Below are positions 59,924 to 64,000 of a stretch of DNA of 64,000 nucleotides, piece after piece. The stretch spans positions 160,001-224,000 of the forward strand of contig JAHPZH010000007.1 of assembly GCA_019058315.1 (NCBI GenBank). The letters run 5' to 3'. The notes under the pieces were generated by a model. It was not told the DNA's origin. It saw nothing but the letters and a program-made list of their open reading frames with translations, and searched no databases. How positions within the stretch are numbered: position 1 is the first letter of the stretch; each line of letters opens with the position of its first letter. Source of the stretch: Candidatus Helarchaeota archaeon. GTDB taxonomy: Archaea > Asgardarchaeota > Lokiarchaeia > Helarchaeales > RDOG01. The position numbers and the translations under genes were made by a program.

Positions 59924-60670
59924 ATGATGAGTCAAACACATATGGAAGATATAAGGTTCAGATTAAGAGCAATTGAGCTTTTAAAGCTATTAAAGAAAAA
60001 ATATACTTATGAAGAATTGAGTAAGCTTACTAATTTACCAATTACTGTATTAAATAGATATGTGCGAGGTCATGTTATTCCGAGTACTGATCGTGCAAAT
60101 AAATTGTTAAAGATTTTTGAAAAAAAGTATAATTTACCAAAAGAAATTCAAGCAAGAATTAAAATCAATGATGACGGTTCCTTTGATAATTCTAACATTC
60201 TAACAGATATTTTACTCTTGCGAATGATTTCTAGATTAATAGTACAAAAATTTAGTAATTTAAAAGTAAATAAAATTTTAACTGCTGCTGTTGATGGGAT
60301 TCCATTAGCAGCTTTAGTTGCTAATGAATTAGGAGTAGATTTAATAGTTGCGAAATCTAATAAAGAAGTTGGAATCACGAAATATATTGAAGAAAGTTAT
60401 TCTCCAAGTAGTTCCCGTGTATTAACCACTTTATTTCTGCCTAAACAAGCAGTTTCTAATAAAGACAAAGTATTAATAATAGATGATGTTATCAGGACTG
60501 GCAGAACTGAACTAGCTCTAGTTAATTTATGTCGAAAAGGAGGGGCGGATGTTATGGGTCTATTTAATATAATCGCAATAGGCAAGAAATGGGAAAAAAA
60601 TTTGAAATTTGATAAAAGTGAAAATATTATAGTTGATACATTAATAAAAATACCAGAACCATCTAGCTAA
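59924..60670 (+). CDS. HTH-phosphoribosyltransferase (archaeal PurR/Apt-like)
   Basis: YTYEELSKLTNLPITVLNRYVRGHVIP; LTAAVDGIP; VLIIDDVIRTGRT. Confidence 0.88.
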   Translation: MMSQTHMEDIRFRLRAIELLKLLKKKYTYEELSKLTNLPITVLNRYVRGHVIPSTDRANKLLKIFEKKYNLPKEIQARIKINDDGSFDNSNILTDILLLRMISRLIVQKFSNLKVNKILTAAVDGIPLAALVANELGVDLIVAKSNKEVGITKYIEESYSPSSSRVLTTLFLPKQAVSNKDKVLIIDDVIRTGRTELALVNLCRKGGADVMGLFNIIAIGKKWEKNLKFDKSENIIVDTLIKIPEPSS

Positions 60671-61709
60671 AAAGTTTAGGAATATTTTCTATATATGGTG
60701 GATAAATCACTTTTTTTTCCGTTATTATCGCTGTAACTAATTCGGGAGGGGTCATATCAAATGCTATATTCTCTACTTGGACTCCTTCGGGAACTATTCG
60801 GGTTTTACCACAATAAGTGACTTCCTTTGCGTCTCTATTTTCAATAATTACCTCTTGATAAGATTTTTCCATATCAATTGTCGATAAGGGTGCTGCAACA
60901 TAAAATGGGATTTTATGATAGTTTGCTAAGACAGCCACTGAATATGTCCCAATTTTATTAAAAACATGACCAGTTTTAACAATTCGATCTGCTCCCACAA
61001 CTATTTTATTAATTTTTTGTTGAGACATCAAAAATCCTGCTGTATTATCAGAAATAACTTTTACTGGAATACCTTCATAATTTAACTCAAAGGCTGTAAG
61101 TTTTGCACCTTGTAATCTAGGTCTTGTCTCATCAGCAATAACTTGTATTTTTTTATTATTTTCCCAAGCAGCTCGGATTACTCCTAATGCTGTTCCATAT
61201 TCCACAGTAGCTAAACCTCCAGCGTTACAGTGAGTTAATACTGTATCGCCAACATCAATTAATTTTTCCCCATTTGCCCCCATTTTCTTATTAATTTCAA
61301 TATCTTCCTCCCTAATCTTTAGAGCTTCTTGAATAATTTTATCCCTTTTTTGATCGTATGGTAAATCTGATTGAGTAATTTTTCCGATTCTTTTTATGGC
61401 CCAGAATAAGTTAACTGCTGTAGGTCGTGTTTTAGCTAAACGATCTGATGCTGTCTTCATAACTTCCATAAAATTTTTTTCTGTTGTGGATTGAGCGGCT
61501 AAAGCTAAACCAAGAGCTGCAGCGGCTCCAATAGCAGGCGCACCTCGAATTGTCATAATTTCTATAGCAACTGCTACTTTCTCATAGGTATCGTATTCCT
61601 TGTATACTAATTCATTAGGGAGAGCATTCTGATCAATCATAATCACTTTTCCATCTTTCCAATCAATAGTAACCAGCCTTTTTTTCATAATATTCAACTC
61701 AATATTCAA
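60663..61709 (-). CDS. mtnA: S-methyl-5-thioribose-1-phosphate isomerase
   Basis: IDQ..LP, RGAPAIG, TRPTAVNL, THCNAG.LAT..YGTALG, ETRPRLQGAKLT, NKIGT. Confidence 0.93.
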   Translation of the reverse strand: MNIELNIMKKRLVTIDWKDGKVIMIDQNALPNELVYKEYDTYEKVAVAIEIMTIRGAPAIGAAAALGLALAAQSTTEKNFMEVMKTASDRLAKTRPTAVNLFWAIKRIGKITQSDLPYDQKRDKIIQEALKIREEDIEINKKMGANGEKLIDVGDTVLTHCNAGGLATVEYGTALGVIRAAWENNKKIQVIADETRPRLQGAKLTAFELNYEGIPVKVISDNTAGFLMSQQKINKIVVGADRIVKTGHVFNKIGTYSVAVLANYHKIPFYVAAPLSTIDMEKSYQEVIIENRDAKEVTYCGKTRIVPEGVQVENIAFDMTPPELVTAIITEKKVIYPPYIENIPKLFS

Positions 61710-61745
61710 AGAATTTTTGTAGAGGATATAACTCTTTAAAATTTA

Positions 61746-62645
61746 TTGATCTTAAATATTTTTATGAAATTAATTGAACAAAAATCAATTGACATACCCA
61801 CAGAGAATATCGACTTAAAAATTCCTTCTGATACCATAGGAATAGATATGGGGCAAACACTTACAAAAATCGCATATATAAAAGAGAATCAACTTAATCT
61901 GATTTTAATATCGACTCCATCCGATGATACCACAATAAAAGATTGGTTAAAATCTAAAATAGGAATTTTTAAAAAATATAATTTTACAGGTGGTAGGGCA
62001 TTCAATATTTATAAGGATTTTTCGCAGAATTTTGAAGCAAATTTAATAAAAGAATTTGAAATAAATGGAAAAGGCATTGAAATTTTATTTTTATTAAATA
62101 AAAAACAATCATTATCACGTTCTCTTATTATATCAATAGGAACAGGGACATCAATCACATTAAAAAAAGAAAATAATGTAAAGCATTTAGGAGGTTCTGC
62201 TTTAGGAGGAGGGCTCTTTATGGGTTTAATTAAGTTTTTTTATAATATAGATGATTATCAAGAAGCTATAAAACTCTCAAAATTTGGTAATAGATATAAT
62301 GTTGATTTAAAAGTTTCTGATATTTACGATCCAGAAGATAATAGAGTTGATTATATTTTTAGAGAATTTACTGCTGCATCTTTAGCGAAATTAGAAAAAA
62401 AATCAGCTTTAAAGGAGGATGTCATTAATTCAATAATATGCTTAATAGGGGAAAATCTTGGAATAATCACAAATTTAATAGCTGATAATAATAATATCAA
62501 AAATCTTGTTTTTAGTGGGGGTTTTCTTAAAAATAATAAAGTATTAAGAAATATTTTACTAACCCTTTGTCAATTTAATAAAAAAAAGGCGATTTTTTTA
62601 AAAAATTCGGAATTTTGTGGTGCAATTGGAGCTTTATTCAACTAA
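61746..62645 (+). CDS. coaW: Type II pantothenate kinase (Fumble/CoaW-like)
   Basis: GIDMGQTLTKI, FTGG, EF, SIGTGTS, GGSALGGG.F.GL, VDLKVSDIY, TAASLAK, GAIGAL. Confidence 0.85.
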   Translation: MILNIFMKLIEQKSIDIPTENIDLKIPSDTIGIDMGQTLTKIAYIKENQLNLILISTPSDDTTIKDWLKSKIGIFKKYNFTGGRAFNIYKDFSQNFEANLIKEFEINGKGIEILFLLNKKQSLSRSLIISIGTGTSITLKKENNVKHLGGSALGGGLFMGLIKFFYNIDDYQEAIKLSKFGNRYNVDLKVSDIYDPEDNRVDYIFREFTAASLAKLEKKSALKEDVINSIICLIGENLGIITNLIADNNNIKNLVFSGGFLKNNKVLRNILLTLCQFNKKKAIFLKNSEFCGAIGALFN

Positions 62646-62798
62646 TATTTCAGCGTAATATATTCCTTGTAAAATTAGAATTCAAGATTTTCTTAATTAT
62701 TCATAAAGAGTTATAAAGCTTTAAATTAGACCTAATTTTTAATATCTAATACCTTTTTTTTCTTATAATATATTGACAAGAGTTTGGGATGATAATGA

Positions 62799-64000
62799 AT
62801 GGAAGTCTCTGACTCCCTAAAAGATGTAAAAATTAGAAAAACCAAGCTTATTAAAAAATTAACAAGGGAAGAACGTCGAAAAATTCGGGAAAAAAAAAGA
62901 GCTGAAGAAGGATTTTCCATAAAAATGAATAGATATCTTTGGTTTGTTCTTTTTTTCTCTAGTATTGTGTCTTTTTTCGATGGTTGGGGTACAGTAGCAA
63001 TCATGTTAGCGATATCAGGAGGGGGTCAAGCCGATATTTTGCGTTTTATTCAACAAGTCGGAAATCCAGATTTATTCACATATTTTGGTATCTCAAACAA
63101 CCCAATTCTTTTAGGGATAATATTAAGTATTGCAGGAACTGGAGTTGTTGCAGCAGTTTCTTTCAAGTATTTAGTTGATAAATTTGGTCGTCGCCCTCTA
63201 ACTCTTGTTACTTCTATGGGATTTATAATGTTCGCAATTTTAACTGCTTTTTCTCCTCCTGGTCCTGAAGGATTGATTATTTTTCTAATTTTCCGAATTT
63301 TTGCAAATTATTTTCTCTCAGCAGACATAGTTGTAATAATAATGGCGGAGGAAGCTCCAGATCATTTAAGAGGAAATCTAATTGGCATCATATTAGCATT
63401 TAGTGCATTTGGAGGAGTAGCCTGTGGAGTTATTCAAATGTTGAGTATTCGAGTTCCAATCGCTGGTCCTTGGGGATCGTTTATGACAGTTTGGCAGAGT
63501 TTATACTTCTTAAACATTTTAGGATTAATATTTATTATTCCTTTATTTTTCTTCCTTAAGGAAACAAAGCGATTTAAAGCAATGAAAAAGTATGAACAAT
63601 GGCGAAAGAAAAAAGGTTTAAAATCAAAAACTGGATGGGCAGTTCCTTTGCAAAAACAATATGCTCGTCCAATGGTATTAGGTTGTGTTGCTGGATTTTT
63701 AATGAATTTAATTTATTTTGGTCAAGTAACATTTTTTGGATTATATTTCGCTAAGGAATTGAAAATGTCTCCACAAACAATTGGTTTAGCAACGCTTCCA
63801 ATTATGGGGGCAGCAACTATTGCAGCGCTTATTACCGGTCCCATATTAGACCGATGGGGCAGAATACGCTCAATAGAAGCCGGATGCTATATTTTAATAG
63901 TCGGGATTGCCTTATATTCATTTCCCACTATATTTGTCTCTGGTGACATGCCGAATCCCCTTCTACAACTTATTGTTGTTATTGGCGGCGTGCTAGGTGC
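62799..64000 (+). CDS. MFS transporter (truncated by the window end)
   Basis: My translation from ATG 62799: basic N-terminus, FFDGWG, motif A LVDKFGRRPL, EEAPDHLRG, LKETKRF, second motif LDRWGR; not in the ORF track. Confidence 0.88.
   Translation, partial: MEVSDSLKDVKIRKTKLIKKLTREERRKIREKKRAEEGFSIKMNRYLWFVLFFSSIVSFFDGWGTVAIMLAISGGGQADILRFIQQVGNPDLFTYFGISNNPILLGIILSIAGTGVVAAVSFKYLVDKFGRRPLTLVTSMGFIMFAILTAFSPPGPEGLIIFLIFRIFANYFLSADIVVIIMAEEAPDHLRGNLIGIILAFSAFGGVACGVIQMLSIRVPIAGPWGSFMTVWQSLYFLNILGLIFIIPLFFFLKETKRFKAMKKYEQWRKKKGLKSKTGWAVPLQKQYARPMVLGCVAGFLMNLIYFGQVTFFGLYFAKELKMSPQTIGLATLPIMGAATIAALITGPILDRWGRIRSIEAGCYILIVGIALYSFPTIFVSGDMPNPLLQLIVVIGGVLG

Noticed and set aside
60663-61709. eIF2B alpha as a eukaryotic signature protein
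   Set aside because: THCNAG.LAT..YGTA and ETRP.LQG.KLT indicate the MtnA isomerase subfamily.
197-63178. Numerous 60-160 aa track ORFs overlapping longer genes (e.g. 4277..4573, 11117..11554, 35048..35473, 42139..42615, 48569..48949)
   Set aside because: Antisense or off-frame shadows of well-supported genes; the Ser/Phe/Ile-rich composition is the mirror of Glu/Lys codons.
62732-63178. Track ORFs 62732..63004 (-) and 62984..63178 (+)
   Set aside because: Both overlap the MFS transporter frame starting at 62799.
1-64000. CRISPR array, rRNA, transposase/integrase or provirus
   Set aside because: No regularly spaced repeats, no long GC-rich structural RNA and no recombinase or capsid motifs were seen. 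No duplicate of the tRNA 3' end was noticed that would mark an att site.

Overview
AT-rich archaeal chromosomal segment, most consistent with an Asgard archaeon (Loki-/Helarchaeota-like). This is inferred from the archaeal ether-lipid genes, archaeal ribosomal proteins, GGAGTGA-type Shine-Dalgarno (SD) sites, and eukaryote-like PCI/RING, SWIM (ZSWIM7-like), roadblock, IFT52-like and type II pantothenate kinase proteins. Housekeeping content includes an ether-lipid cluster, ADP-forming acyl-CoA synthetase with a DRTGG partner, pyrBI, a 2-oxoacid:ferredoxin oxidoreductase operon, tRNA-Pro(CGG) with two introns, Lhr helicase, rps19e-PDCD5-rpl39e//rpl31e, GlcD/GlcF, pelota and mtnA. No CRISPR array, rRNA, integrase or transposase was seen. 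The most unusual signals are: (1) an HTH-ATP-cone-class III ribonucleotide reductase fusion that has lost its catalytic cysteines, probably a pseudo-enzyme transcription factor; (2) an island of intact but motif-eroded copies or isolated domains of core proteins (aCPSF1 KH domain, ACS beta, uS2, aRF1 middle domain without GGQ); (3) a circularly permuted PorB whose TPP-binding motif is split between the two termini; (4) an IFT52/GIFT-domain protein with acidic 'ELLLG' repeats inserted into the L39e-L31e operon; (5) a winged-helix-RING/TPR/HEAT cluster; and (6) at least three genes that appear to need non-canonical (ATA/ATT/TTA) start codons. All calls come from motif recognition by eye; no database searches were run.
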